Below, piece by piece: positions 1-13,730 of a stretch of 64,000 nucleotides of DNA. The DNA lies in NCBI GenBank assembly GCA_951406725.2, contig OX597819.1, forward strand, positions 74,090,001-74,154,000, given 5' to 3'. A model generated the notes under the pieces. It searched no databases. It was not told the DNA's origin and was given only the letters and a program-made list of their open reading frames with translations. This stretch comes from Octopus vulgaris. Taxonomy: Eukaryota. The position numbers and the translations under genes were made by a program. Each line of letters starts with the position of its first letter. Position 1 is the stretch's first letter.

Positions 1-736
1 ATACTCATTTCGAAGCATTCTTTCAAAGTATTCTTGTGTTTCATGAATACTAAAAGATTACAAATTACATCTCTTCAGGGTTTCTAAGATTTCTGTCGTA
101 AAATACTTCGTGCAGACGATAATCAGCTTACGTTCTGCACACTTTCCTCATTTTTATGATGTAGACAGAAACGCGAGAAATGGTAATCTTTGTAGAATGT
201 CAAATTATTTGAAGGAATTACTACAATTAGAATAATTTTGAACCGTTCTAATTTAACAATATAACATAGTCTATCAAAATGTTATACGTAATATATACGT
301 GTGTGTGCATATGTGTCTAAATTCGTATATAAGATGTGTGCGTATATTGTTAGTATTAGTAAATGTGATATATGATATGTGCGTGTAAATGTCTCTATAG
401 TATTGAATGTAGGGGGAAATAGCTACATTGACCATGTTTAGATCTCCACCACGTAGGGTTTCCTTTGGATATATATATATATAACTTGGTACTGTGTGGA
501 CTGAGAGCTCCGTTGGCCGCTGCCACTGCATGCGTGAGCGCGTGTGTCTGCATTTGTGTGCGAGTTTGTGTGTGTGTGTGTGCGTGTTTGTGTTTGTGTG
601 TGTGTCTGTGTGTGTGGTGTGTGTGTGTGTGTGTGTGTGTTTATGTGTGTGTGTGTGTGTGTGTGTGTTTGTGTGCGTGTTGATATATCAATTAATGTGT
701 ATCTCTTATTTTCAATGTTCTTTTCATATATTTCAG

Positions 737-895
737 ATATTTTCAAACATCAAACAAAATGTCGAAGTGGATGACAGTCTTTTGCTACCGGACGATGTGC
801 CAATAACCAAGCAGCGATGGTTTACCATAATTACACTCCATACACTTCATGAAAATATAAACCACATTCAAAATACTCTACAATCCTTTATGTAA
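737..895 (+). CDS. Terminal exon 5 of secreted helical-cytokine-like gene, copy 0 (exons 1-4 lie upstream of the window)
   Basis: Acceptor tttcatatatttcag|ATA; phase-0 exon of 159 nt encoding [52 protein letters not shown]. Preceded by intron-4 sequence shared with the complete copies. Confidence 0.8.
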   Translation: MFSNIKQNVEVDDSLLLPDDVPITKQRWFTIITLHTLHENINHIQNTLQSFM

Positions 896-1485
896 TTAAT
901 CCATGTTATAATATTTCTGGAACCATAATTCCTCTTATAATATTTCTGGAACCAATCTCAGTTAGAGAAAAATTAGATACAAGTGTATCGTTTTAATTAT
1001 GTAGAAGTGTTTTAGCTTCACCACTTAATAATCATATCGACGATTATATTAATCGTTAAATACCAATATTTCCATAAATTTTTATCTTATATTTTTCTTA
1101 TCACGTTTATAATTGTAAACGATATATATTTCTCCTTTATGAAATAAATATTTCTATTTAATATCGTGTTACATCGATGTTATTGGTATTACACCAATGG
1201 GACTGTGACGTATCAATCTCTATATATTTTTCATATATACGTACCTATATTTATCTATATATATTCATATAAACATACCTGTACCTACCTTAATTAATTT
1301 ATTTAAAATTTTTTTATTTTCCGATTACATTTCCTATTTTTTTAATCTTCATTATAATATATACACCATATTCCTATGCATTATACTAGGAAGGTTTCCC
1401 TGCACACTCACACACACACACATATACGCCAACATCATTTCTATTATTTATTATATAAATGAGAATTATATTTTTCTATGGAAAC

Positions 1486-1491
1486 ATTAAA
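1486..1491 (+). terminator. Candidate polyadenylation signal (ATTAAA) of copy 0
   Basis: ATTAAA ~600 nt after the stop, followed by a U/GU-rich tract (gttgtttgtgtttttgattttgtt). Same arrangement at 57705-57710 in copy 7. Confidence 0.35.
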
Positions 1492-1719
1492 GTGTTAATA
1501 TTTTATTTTATATTCAGTTGTTTGTGTTTTTGATTTTGTTCAATGAGTGGATTACAACATCGTTACAGACATCCATATTATATTTACTACTTGTTCCATT
1601 ATTTCATGAAAAGAAAAGATGTGATTTATTTTATAAATAATTTCTTTTTATATTTCACGTTACAGTTATTTCTTTATCTTCAATATATATTTTATATATA
1701 TTATATTACAATGTATCTC

Positions 1720-2450
1720 ACCAGTAGGACATTTTTTTCTTCCCGTCATCATAAAATTAGTACCATTTACGTAATGGAGTCGACGAAATCCATTACACCT
1801 ACCCCGAAATTGCTGGCCTTGAGTCAAAGTTGGAAACTATCAATTCTTGCATCGAACCTGTGCCAGAAGGAATCGTTTCCTCTTTTGAATGAAACAACTG
1901 AGAGGAAAATACGAAGATGATGCAAACCTAGAAAAGTCTTTCTTCTCTTTTTCGTTCTTCCAATGTTATGACGAGATTATGTCCTACGGCCCTCACTGGA
2001 GAAAATGCAGCAGGAGAAAATATCCCGGGACTCGTGCATTCCTCATCGAAGCTCATCGAAATACCACAATATTTTTGTCGATATTACATCAATAATGGTC
2101 ACTGTTATATCGCCACACTTGTATTTACTAATCTTTTAGAAGAATCTCATATTTTCTATAAGAAAATGTCTCCTTTATACATCGGAAAGTTAGTTGGAAA
2201 AGTCGTCCTTTTTCTGGTCAGAGGTGGTCATGTTTACAGCGTAGTACCTGTCAAACATAGCGTGTTCCAATCAGGATATGACATAATAGTCATGATGCGA
2301 TCAGAAATACGAGAGCTGCGTGTCTCGTTCTCATTTCTTGCAGAAACAAGCGTGTCCAGAATCTTAAGTGTCCAGCTTTCCATTCGTCTTACTGTGATGA
2401 TTCACTGAGTGCAGCCATGTCAGAGTCGCACAGCTTTACTCGCAGCTGTG
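1720..2450 (-). mobile_element. Decayed LINE (RTE-like) endonuclease remnant downstream of gene copy
   Basis: Broken frames give DMAALSE, ISDRIMT, FDARIDS and NF(G)VG, echoing the APE-domain motifs DIAALSET, SDRLMT, DFNARVG and GxFGxG of RTE LINEs. Many stops and frameshifts; boundaries approximate. Confidence 0.45.
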
Positions 2451-2712
2451 TATGTATGTATGTTGTTATTCAGTCTATTTCAAGATTCCTTGCCAATAGA
2501 GAAAGAACAGATCTTACCTAGATCTAAGTTTCCTAAGTTGGAATTTCAACATAAACAAGAGGGTAATTTTGTATGTATGTCTGTATGCATGTATGCATGC
2601 CTGTATGTATGTATATAGATATGTGCAGATTTGTATGTTTTATGTATGTATTCTCATGCAGATATTTGCATATCTTGATATGCACGTATATATTTAAATG
2701 ATAATCTTCTGG

Positions 2713-2743
<31 letters not shown>

Positions 2744-2779
2744 TGTATGTATGTATGTATGTATGTATGTATATATATA

Positions 2780-2915
2780 GGCGGTGGCCTGGCTGTGGTA
2801 AGAAGATTCCTTTCGATCTAAACGCTAGCAGGTTCCGTTCCACTGTGTGGCTCTCGTGTGAGTGGATTTTGGTAGAAGGAAACTGAAAGAAACCCGTCGT
2901 ATATATGTACATGTT

Positions 2916-2977
<62 letters not shown>

Positions 2978-4775
2978 CAGAGAGTGAGAGGGAGAGAGAG
3001 AAGGATTGAGAGAGAGACAAACAGAGATGTATGTACAATGGCGAAAATTAATTTGAGACCGATGATAAAAGTTCTATTTCTTACAAAATATTTTGTTACT
3101 AACACCATACAAATTATTTTTATCTTTTACACCTTATGCGGAATTTATTTCTCTTTCGAATGATGCAGACAATAACTATTTTTTATACAACTTGAAGAAT
3201 TCTAATGCTAAATTCATAGAAACTTTTCGAATTTACTGGCAAGATTAGTTTAAGACCAAGTAATATGTATGCAAACTTTTTGCCAAAATTGGAGGTCACA
3301 CAACTAGCCTAACTGCACTACATAGTGTTATAATTTAACGTTATTATACAATTGATTAATAAGGGGAAAACAACGTAACCTCAGTCCAGTCACGAGAGCA
3401 AAAATCGTATTACTCCACCAGCAAAAAGTTTCCTTTTCAAACATCAGCAAGCACCTAAAGTGCAGTAAAACGGCTTGCGTGCAAGCGTGGAAGATATACT
3501 CGGAGACTGGTCAATATAAAGATCGGCAAAGGACTGGTGCCCCAAGAAAAAACAACGGCACAGTTGGAACGTCGAATCCACCGACTTTCGGAAGGCAACG
3601 GACCGCCGTTGACAGTTGTAAGCAATTGTCCGACGAGAATGGTGTTATTTTTACACCACAAACCGTCCGCAACCTTTTGAGAGAATTAGGACTACATGGA
3701 CGAATCGCTAGGAAAAAGCCAATAACATCCGAAAGAAATCGATTCAAACGCCTTAATTTCGCAAAAAGCCATGCTCAATGAACTGCCGTAGATTGGTGCA
3801 GGGTCCTTTGGAGTGACGAGTCACGCTTCTGTATATTTGGATCAGATGGTAAAACATACGTCAAACATCGTCCAACCGAGGAATTCCAACCCAAAATGCC
3901 TGATAAAAACGGCGCAAGCGGTGTGTGGGTGTTATGGTGCGGGCGGCATTTCGTAGCTTTGATGTTGGCCCTCTAGTTAAAGTTGCTGGAAAGCTAAATA
4001 GTGTAGGTTATATGAATCTACTAAAGGATAATGATGTGCCATATTTGACTCACCAAATGCCTTCGGGGGCTATTTATCAGCAGGACAATAGTCCTGTGCA
4101 CAAGGCCCAGAAGTTATGGAATTTTTTGATCACCATAATAATGACGTAATCGAATGGCCTCCCCAGAGCCCGGACCGGAATCCGATCGACAACCTGTGGA
4201 ATTATGTTTCCAAAATGTCTATGCTAAAAAACCATCTAATCTAAAACAATTATTCGATTATATCATTGAAACATGGCAAAATATTCCCATAGAATTTTGT
4301 AATCACTTAGCGAATTCAATGCCGAGACGTTGTTCAGCCGTTATTAAGAATAAAGGCTACGGCACAAAGTACTAATATGTATTTCGTTCTTGTTGCTCAT
4401 TTTTGCTACAATCTTAAGCCTTAAATAAAATTGTAATGATATAGTTTTAAACTAATTTTACCGGTAAATTTGAAACGTCTATATTAATTTAGCATTAGAA
4501 TTCTTCAAGTTGTATAAAAATAGTTATTGTCTGCATCATTCGAAAGAGAAATAAATTCTGCATATGGTGTAAACGATAAAGATAATTTGAATGGTGTTAG
4601 TAACAAAATATTTTGTAAGAAATAGAAATTTTAACATCGGTCTTGCATTTATTTTCGCCAGTGTGTATGTATGAATTTTTGTGTCCCCCCAGCATTGCTT
4701 GAGAGCCGATGCTGGTGTGGTTTCGTCCCTGTAAACTAGTGGTAAGGCTTGGGGTCGATTTGTTCTGCTAATGGC
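2780..4775 (+). mobile_element. tRNA-derived octopus-type SINE split by a Tc1 insertion (head ~2780-2902, tail ~4681-4775)
   Basis: Head tggctgtggtaag...ggttccgttccactg...gtgagtggattttggtagaaggaaactgaaagaaacccgtcgtata with A/B-box-like motifs; internal TA/GA microsatellite; tail ccccagcattgcttga..ccgatgctggtg..ggggtcgatttgttc. Matches the abundant octopus SINE as recalled from memory. Confidence 0.65.
3036..4663 (+). mobile_element. Tc1/mariner DNA transposon (Tc1 type) with pseudogenised transposase
   Basis: ~225-bp terminal inverted repeats (CAATGGCGAAAA...TTTTCGCCAGTG), TA at the left flank. Transposase fragments LRELGLHGRIARKKP, WSDES, GVMV, QQDNSPVHK, WPPQSPDRNPIDNLW and NSMPRRCSAVIKNKGYGTKY are interrupted by stops and frameshifts. 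Confidence 0.93.
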
Positions 4776-5689
4776 GAAATAATGAGAGAAATAATTAAGA
4801 GACAAAAAAGAAAAAAATATATTATATTAATCTGTTTGTGTGTGTGCATGTGTCTGTGTGTGTGTGAGAGAGAGGGAGAGAGAGAAAACATTTACTAAGA
4901 GAAAAGTACAATATTAAAATAGAAATATTTTTTAACAGCGAACTCGTTAGTAGCAGTGAGAAAGAGAGAAGAAAGAAAACAAATGGGAAACGAATCGGCC
5001 TTACTTCTGAAAATGTATAACATACGAAAATAATGCGACTGAATTTACAATGGGATAACCCATCACGTCGGGTTTTAATAATATAACATGGTAATCTTTG
5101 GTGCCATTTCACCAATATTTCTCAAAGACAAACAATTTTTACATGTCAGAGAATATCTGCTCGGTAAACTTCGGACGTCGCTCTCCGCGCGTTGTCAAAA
5201 CAGCGAGAGGAAATAAACAACTTTCTCAATACGACGATTCCATACTAATTTTGTTCTTTAGAAGACTTCCATAGCTCAGCTTTAGCGAATTCATTCCTAG
5301 AAATATATGTGTATTTATCAATTAATTAGGGCATTTTTTAAATTTTGGCCCAAACTCGATATTTGATGACTTAGACTTGTATTTCTTTGAACACTCATCT
5401 TGCGGAATGTATGATTGACAAGAACCCTCACTATCCATCCATTTATCCTATCCGAACAGTCGTGGTTGTCAACCTTCTTTTCATTCACTTTACATTTTTT
5501 GTGCCATCATTTTGCCAGATTTTACAATGGCCGAACTGAATTCACGAGAAATTTTTTCTTTAAGAGATAAAAATCTCTAAGTAAAGATTTTGTTAATTTT
5601 CTAAATGAAAATTAATGATAAACTTTCACTTTTATATTTCATAGCAATTATCTGACCTACACTCATCGATTTCTAATCTTTCTTGAGTA

Positions 5690-5901
5690 GCGCGTGACGA
5701 CCAATGCTTGTGTGTTTATATACACGTTACTTACCTGTTCGGCAAAAAGTGACCAAGGGAATCAGTACATAGCTTTCTGAAATAAGTCCTTGGGTCGGTA
5801 CATTCGACTAAAAATTCTTCAATGTCGATCAACAGCATGCCCGGAAACTAGTGGACTAACACAAGTAAAAGAAGATATATATGTGTATATGTATATATAT
5901 T

Positions 5902-5964
<63 letters not shown>

Positions 5965-6220
5965 GTATGTATATACAGGTGGAAAGACGATTCGAATCTT
6001 GCATGTGTTAAGAAGTACTTCCTCACGATAATACGGTTCATATTTAGTGGAACTATGTTAAAGATTTGGGAAAGCATTTTCATAACAGCATATAGGTCAC
6101 AGGCCAATTGCTAGTAGGTTACATTCGCTTAACGGGAAATTACCGAGCGGGGAAAGTGCGTTACAGTTTCATGTTAAAAATCGTTGTTACTGTCGCCACT
6201 ACCATCATCATCACCACCAG
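5690..6220. repeat. Diverged, rearranged relic of the gene upstream module
   Basis: SINE tail + TA/TATG tract + caggtggaaag block + atatttagtggaactatgttaaa (exon-1 flank) + ggtcacaggccaattgctagtagg block. No downstream exons. Confidence 0.6.
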
Positions 6221-6559
6221 TATACAGTGGTGTTACATATTACACGATTTCCCTGGGGCTGCAATGTAAATATTAATGAGTTGTGTAGGCACGTGCGATT
6301 TCGTCGTGCATAACGTGCCTAAAAGTCGCTAATAGTGTCTATGTAGTATCACCCAGATACCGTATATAAGTCATTAATATTTCTGCTCCGATATATTCTG
6401 AAGCATAAATAATCTGGAGCGTCTACCTTTTAGTAAAATATTGGTTAGAGCAAGGATTCTCTCAGCTCTCCCACTTCTTAGATGAATGCCCAAGAATTAT
6501 CATACTGTAGACACGGAACCGGTAAGGTGACAGAATCAGAAGCACTTTGGACAAAATGC

Positions 6560-7480
6560 TTAGCCATCCAGCAATGTTGATGACCCAGTAGTGTTCATTA
6601 TCCAGCAGTGTTCACTGTGTTGTGTTCATGCGAATCACAATTCAGTAATGATTACTATCCAAAAGCGTTCGTTCTCCAACAGTGTTCATAGCACCAAAGA
6701 ATTTACCGTTTATCTGTTTTCACCATCTAAGAGATCTTACCATTTTACAGTGTACATAACTGAGCACTGTTCAATATCTAACAGTTTCTATTAAGGAAAA
6801 AGTATTTATTTTCTAACGTCTAATAGAGATCCCCATCTACTACTACCCAACAATGTTCACTATTCTACAGTGTTTATTACCCAACACTGTTTACTAACGA
6901 ACAGCATTCATTGTCCAAAAGAGACCATTACCCAACAGTGATAATTTTCCAAGAATGTCTATTCATGTTGTTCAATATTTAACTGCGTACGTTATCCAAG
7001 AGTCTCTGCTGTATATTAATGTTCACTAACAAACTCTGTCCACCAGCCTGCGACGTTCATTCTGCGACAGTGTTCACTATCTTGTTTCCTAACAAGCCAT
7101 GTTCATTGTCCAGCAGTGTTCACAACAAACCCATGCCCATCATCTAACGTTATTTACAATCCTAAAGCATTCATTATCTGACACTTCTTACTATCGAACA
7201 ACTTTCATTATACAGCAATATTAACCATCTTACATTACTCGTTATCTAACAGTGTTTACTTTGCTACCACGCTCATTGTCCAACAATGTTCACCAACCAA
7301 CAGTGTTCACAATCCAATACTGTTACATATCAGTCTCACTATCAGATAGTGTACATTATCTAACAGAGCATACCATCATACTCTGTTTACTATCGTAGAA
7401 TGTTCATTATCCGGCAATGTTCCTCATCAATGTTTATGATCTCATGATATTCATTATCCAGAAGTATTCATTGTATACTG
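6560..7480 (+). repeat. Degenerate ~17-bp minisatellite (consensus ~CAACAGTGTTCATTATC)
   Basis: Successive units such as cagtagtgttcattatc, cagcagtgttcactgtg, caacactgtttactaac, gaacagcattcattgtc; roughly 50 decayed copies. Confidence 0.8.
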
Positions 7481-7586
7481 GATGTGAACATCCTTCTCAT
7501 ATATTCTTTATCAAGTTCCCATACTTACATATCACAGCACAATCTCTCAATCTCCCTCGTATTTCTAATTAGTTATTCATACACAC

Positions 7587-7649
<63 letters not shown>

Positions 7650-7844
7650 ACACACACACATACATACACTCCATACATACATACATACATACATACATAC
7701 GTACATACATACATACATACATACATACATACATACATACATACATACATACGTACATACATACATAGATCTAGGTTAGATCTGTTCTTTCTCTATTGGC
7801 AAGAAATCTTGAAATAGACTGAATAACAACATACATACATACAC

Positions 7845-8580
7845 AGCTGCGAGTAAAGCTGTGCGACTCTGACATGGCTGCACTCAGTGAATCACCACAG
7901 TTAGACGAATGGAAAGCTGGATACTTAAGATGCTGGACACGCTTGTTTCTGCAACATATGAGAACGAGATACGCAGCTCTCGTATTTCTGATCGCATCAT
8001 GACTATTATGTCACGGCTTGATTGGAACACGCTATGTTTGACAAGGTACTTACACTCTAAACATGGCTGACCTCTGAGCAGAAAAGAACGACTTTTCCAA
8101 CTAAATTTCTGATGTTTGAAGGAGACATTTTCTTATAGGAAATATGAGATTCTTCTAGAAGATTACTCAATACAAGTGTGGCGATATAACAGTGATCATT
8201 ATTGATGTAATATCAACAAAAATATTGTGGTATTTCGATGAGCTTCGATGAGGAATGCACGAGTCCCGGGATATTTTCTCCTGCTGTATTTTCTCCAGTG
8301 AGGGCTGTAGGACATAATCTCGTCATAACATTGGAAGAACGAAAAAGAGAAGCAAGGTGTTTCTGAGTGTGCATCATCTTCGTATTTTCCTCTCAGTTGT
8401 TCTATTCAAAAGAAAAAGATTCCCTCTGGTACAGGTTCGATGCAAGAATTGATAGTTTCCAACTTTGGCTCCAGGTCAGCAATTTCGGGGTAGGTGTAAT
8501 GGATTTCGTCGACCCCCATTACGTAAATGGAACTAATTTTATGATGACGGGAAGAAAAAAATGTCCTATTGGTGAGATAC
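7845..8580 (+). mobile_element. Decayed RTE-like LINE endonuclease remnant (3' flank of copy 1)
   Basis: DMAALSE at 7871, ISDRIMT at 7984, FDARIDS at 8436, NFGVG at 8481; inverted homolog of 1720-2450. Confidence 0.45.
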
Positions 8581-8652
8581 ATTGTAATATAATATATATA
8601 AAATATATATTGAAGTGAAAGAAATGACTGTAACATGAAGTATAAAAAGAAA

Positions 8653-9043
8653 TCTTTATATATAAAAGTCAAGTTGTGTGTCTGTCTCCCACGATTTAGA
8701 TTCCTAACTATCCCCACATTTTGCGGTGCAGTGTAACCAAAGCGGGTATCTTATAGTCGTGCTTCGTATCAAGACATTCTGGTTATTAGCGCGCGTCTAC
8801 GATGAGTCTACGATTTAAAAAAAATTACCATCATTTTTCCCCCTTTTTAATGTATCTTTTTGCTATTATATATGGGAAGTAACTCTCTAAAAATGTATTA
8901 ATAAATCTCAGAACGTAAAAAGCTACAGTAACACCCCTTTGTGGTTAGCCATATTGAGATGGCTATTATACTTACATCTCTAAAAATGCTTATATAGTTA
9001 TTTCCCTTACAAACCCGAGCAACGGCGGGCGATATGCTGCTAG
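8653..9043 (+). mobile_element. Non-autonomous Helitron-like element (~390 bp)
   Basis: 5' TCTTTATATATAAAAG; 3' subterminal hairpin (cccgagcaacggcggg) then CTAG. Inserted between A and T with no target duplication; empty site taaataa|tttctttt at ~1640 and equivalent at ~20093. Confidence 0.85.
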
Positions 9044-9763
9044 TTATTTACAAAATTAATCACATCTTTTCATATCAAGAAATAAAGGAACAAGTAATAA
9101 ATAAGATATGGATGTCTGTAACGAAGTTGTAATCCACTCATTGAACAAAATCAAAAACACAAACAACTGAATATAAAATAAAATATTAACACTTTAATGT
9201 TTCCATACAAAAATATAATTCCCATTTATATAATAAATAATAGAAATGATGTTAGCGTATATGTGTGTGTGTGTGAGAGTATGCAGGGAAGTCTTCCTAG
9301 TATAATGCATAGGAATATAATGTATATATTATAATGAATATTAAAAAAATAGGAAATGGAATCGGAAAATAAAAATAAAAATGAATTAAATAACGTAGGT
9401 ATAGTTATGTATATATGAATATATATATATAGATAAATATAGGTATGTATATATGAAAAAAATATATATAGATTGATCCGTCACAGTTCCATTGGTTTAA
9501 TCCCAACAACATCGATGTAACACGATATTAAATAGAAATATTTATCTTATAAAGGAGAAATATATAGTTTACGATTATAAACGTGATAAGAAAATATAAG
9601 ATAAAATTAATGGAAATATTGGTATTTAACGATTAATATAATCGTCGATATGATTATTAAGTGGTGAAGCTAAAACATGAATTCTACATAATTGAAACGA
9701 TACACTTGTATCTGATTTTTCTCTAACTGAGATTGGTTCCAGAAGTATTATAACAGGAATTAA

Positions 9764-11823
9764 TTACATAAAGGATTCTAGTGTATTTTGAATGTGGTTT
9801 ATATTTTCATGAAGTGTATGGAGAGTAATTATGGTAAACCATCGCTGCATAGGTTATTGGCACATCGTCCGGTAGAAAAAGACGCATCATCCACTTCGAC
9901 ATTTTTGTTTGATGTTTGAAAATATCTGAAATATATGAAAAGAACATTGTAAATAAGAGATACACAATAATTGATATTAATACACACACAAAATACAAAC
10001 ACACACACACACACATACACATGTAATGAAATTACTGGGGCTCACAGTCCACACCTTATAAAGCTATATATATATATATATATATTTATTTATCCATAGG
10101 AAACCCAACGTGCAGGAGATCTAAACATGGTCGATGTAACCCGATTTCTCTACATTCAATACTATAGAGACATTTATACACACATATTATATATCACATT
10201 TACTGATACTAACAATATACGCACACATGTTAGTAATATTATTAAATTAGAACGGTTCAAAATTATTCTAATTGTAGTAATTCCGTCAAATAATTAGACA
10301 TTCTACGCAGATTACAATTCTATGCATTGTTGTCTACATCATAAAAATGAGGAAAGTGTGCAGAACGTAAGCTGATTATCGTCTGCACGAAGTAGTTTAC
10401 GACAGAAATCTTAGAAACCCTGAAGAGATGTAATTTGTGATCTTTTAGTAGTCATGAAAACACTTTGAAAGAATGCTTCGAAATGAGTATATATTACTCC
10501 GAGGGAATCTAAAGAATAGCACTTTTGATCTTTGACAACAGTTTCTGTAAATAAACTGACCATATCTTCCCGGATCAATTCTATGATATATATATTTAAT
10601 ATATTCCGATAAACATGAGGATATTTTGGTGCTGTTTAATTGACCGGTTTATTTATCTACATTAATTTTTCGTTGAGGAAATAAAAAGAGAAATCGCGTG
10701 AATCTTCATCTAGGAAAATATATTACGAGAATAATACTTACTGGTGATTCCAGAAAAGAGTATCGTATCAACCCAGGTAAGAAAGTGTTTGTTTTAAGTA
10801 ACAATAAAATATGGCATCAGATGTGGGAGTGAGTTTAGAACAGGCTGCCGGATAATAACACTCTGTCTGTATACGTTTGGCAGGGGCACACAGCTGGTCA
10901 TATTCTTTTTCTGTCTGATTCTTCAACACAGTAACATATTGACTGAGGGTTGCAGACATATTGGATAGAGCAATCTGTAATAAAGAATTGTGAGGAGGCT
11001 TGAATTTTATTCGACACTGATTGAGATTTCTTATAAAATATAGAATCGAGTTTAGATAGAAAGTAAAGTGTATAAATATTTCAAGAAAATATGTGTTTGA
11101 TAATATGTCCATACCTTGACTAAATCTGTCTGCGCGAGGGTGATATTGTCTTGAATGTAGAGCTGAGGGAATGTAAAGTTCCGTCTGGTTGAGTAGCATA
11201 TGAATAAAGTGAGGACAGCTTATCGCAGAAGCCATTGGAGTGTTGCGGCACTGTAGAAAAACACGTGACATATTATGAGTCTGAGATTTGGACAGATAGG
11301 ATTAGAAAAGAATGGAAATAGAAAATTCGTTTTACACTGAACTAGTAGTTATAAATATTGATCTTTATGAGAACTTTATTAATTATTATGTGGTAGTATT
11401 TTAAGGAATATATTATTGGAGTGGTATAAGAAGTTGTAATAATGATGATGATGATGATGATGATAACAATATCAGTACAACAATAATAATAACAATAATA
11501 TATGAATGAATAAATGTAAACTTACAAAAGTAGTGCAAAGTAGTGTTCACAGCTACTGAGGCCTTGCGAGCCGTATCCAGTTGAGCTTTTATGTTACTTT
11601 ATTGGTATCGCTGTAGGTTTTATCAATGCTCCCTGGATGAATGAAGTCCAGACTGAGATACAGAAACAATATATATTGCCAGTCTACGGGAAAATGGAAA
11701 AAAATACCATTAAGGAACATTTGGAAGGAAAGGGAGACATTGAAGGAATTGTTATTATTAAAAAGAAATAACTTGTTAAATCGCTGTTAGTTTTCAATGT
11801 GTAGTAAACAATGAGCTGAACAT
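9764..11823 (-). pseudogene. Helical-cytokine-like gene copy 1 (mirror of copy 7); disrupted in this assembly
   Basis: All five exons recognisable, but there are several small indels and a corrupted intron-1 donor relative to the intact mirror copy 55100-57139. May be consensus error rather than real decay. Confidence 0.7.
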
Positions 11824-12061
11824 TTTGGAACTCAATAAACGATATTCACAAATATTTAACATAGTTCTACTAAACATAAACAATAATTTCTTGTGTTGTG
11901 TGTCAATGTGTCTATATAATTAATAGTAGTAAATTCATATATAATATGTGTGTGTATATTGTTAGTATTAGTAAATGTGATATATAATATGTGCGTTTAA
12001 AACCACTTATATTAAAGCCACTTACATTGATAGATAGATATATATATAGATAGATAGATAA

Positions 12062-12103
<42 letters not shown>

Positions 12104-12269
12104 GGATAGATATATTAGATAGAAAGAATTGGATACATAGATATATAGATAGAGAAATAGAGAGAGATAATTGCATACATTGACAGGGACATACATATAT
12201 TTACATATGTTTGTGCGCGTGTATGTATGTGTATATGTGTGGGGGGTGTGTGTCATTGTCGCTCTCTCT

Positions 12270-12462
12270 TGAGTACCGCTTGATGACCAATGCCTGTGTG
12301 TATATATACAGGAAAAGTAACGCTTCGGTTAAAAGTTATCAACAGAATAAGTACATGGCTTTCAGAAATAAGTCCTCGAGTTGGTAAATTCGACCTAAAC
12401 AGTTTTCAAGGTTGTGTCACAAGCATGGCCGCAAACCAGCGGACTAAAACAAGAAATAGACA
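12270..12462 (+). mobile_element. Decayed SINE tail upstream of (antisense to) gene copy 1
   Basis: ccgcttga..ccaatgc..ttcgg..agaataagtac..aataagtcct..ttcgac..agcatggccgca..ctaaaacaag. Homologs at ~28255-28445, 34143-34295, 38805-39000 and 54458-54655. Confidence 0.6.
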
Positions 12463-12553
12463 GTTTATATACGTATGTATGTATGTATGTATGTATGTAC
12501 GTATGTATGTATGTATGTATGTATGTATGTATGTATGTATGTATGTATGTATG

Positions 12554-12598
<45 letters not shown>

Positions 12599-12637
12599 AT
12601 ATATCTATATATGTATGTATATATGTGTGTATGTATG

Positions 12638-12669
<32 letters not shown>

Positions 12670-12676
12670 TACACAC

Positions 12677-12744
<68 letters not shown>

Positions 12745-13238
12745 GGGTGGAAAGATTCGATGATTGTATGTGTTAACAATACTTCCTCATGACAATATAA
12801 CCTTTAATCTATTCAAGATATCCTTCGACCGAATATTACCCGGCCGTATACACCTCATTTGGATTTACCACTTTTGAGGTTTCATTCGCCAATGAAACAC
12901 ATGTAGCTCGAATTATTCTTTTCCATTCTGTAACTCTTATATTCTTTTCCGCAAACTCGACAAACCTTGTCGCCTACCGTAGAATATAAAAAGAACTTTT
13001 TTCTTCGTATCATTTTTCGATAAAAAAATATAAATAATCCCCAATCTTCCGCCTGAATACACCGAAATTTGTTCCGAAAGTTGTTTTTTTCTTAATATTT
13101 ACTACAAATTGCTTGAAATTAACTGTCTTCATACACCTCGATCCCTGGATCTTACATTTGTGTATGTGTGTGTATTCCTATAAATGTATGTGCGTATGTA
13201 TGTATATGTTTATGTAAGTATGTAAATATGTGTTTATG

Positions 13239-13270
<32 letters not shown>

Positions 13271-13459
13271 TGTATGTATGTATGTATGTATGTATAATGC
13301 CGACCTCATACTTACAGTTATTCATTTTGTGTGAATTTTTCGTTATGAAAAATGTTTTAAGAGAACGTCAATTTGTAGTTCCTTTGCTTGTTACGAATTA
13401 TTGTGTTTAAGTGACGATGGAAGATCGGCTTATATAGTTGTTTCAGCAGTGATAGGTTT

Positions 13460-13730
13460 GGAAAATCCCGTTCTATATGATGGCCTTCATGAAGCTGGAA
13501 GATATCATCTTCCTTTATCTGTTGTTTAAATTTAGTTTACGAAAATTGCTCGCTTTCATTTCTGGCGGAAGTTGAAGCTTGTGCCAATATTTTTTTTTTT
13601 CAATGTATCAGAGATTTAGGTTTACGGGAAAGAGGAAAGCTTTTATGAATGAACTATTTTTATCACAGTATATAGGTCACAGTCCAATTGCTAGTAGGTT
13701 ACTTTCGCTTAACGGGAAGTAACCGAGCGG
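13460..13730 (-). promoter_or_regulatory. Candidate immune-responsive upstream cluster for copy 1 (NF-kB + STAT/GAS-like sites)
   Basis: GGGATTTTCC (13460-13469, minus), TTCCCGTAA (13622-13630, minus), TTCCCGTTAA and GAAATGAAAG nearby. Confidence 0.4.

Noticed and set aside
1543-2408. 125-aa and 146-aa plus-strand ORFs downstream of the gene
   Set aside because: Antisense to a LINE-like remnant, not consistently open between copies, no recognisable domain.
3355-4375. Active Tc1 transposase
   Set aside because: In-frame stops and frameshifts in all four copies.
6560-7480. Regularly spaced short repeats as a CRISPR-like array
   Set aside because: Contiguous degenerate tandem units with no unique spacers, in eukaryotic DNA.
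12290-12792. Numerous [16 protein letters not shown] ORFs here and throughout the window
   Set aside because: Translations of stop-free (TATG)n, (TA)n, (CA)n and (ATCT)n microsatellites.
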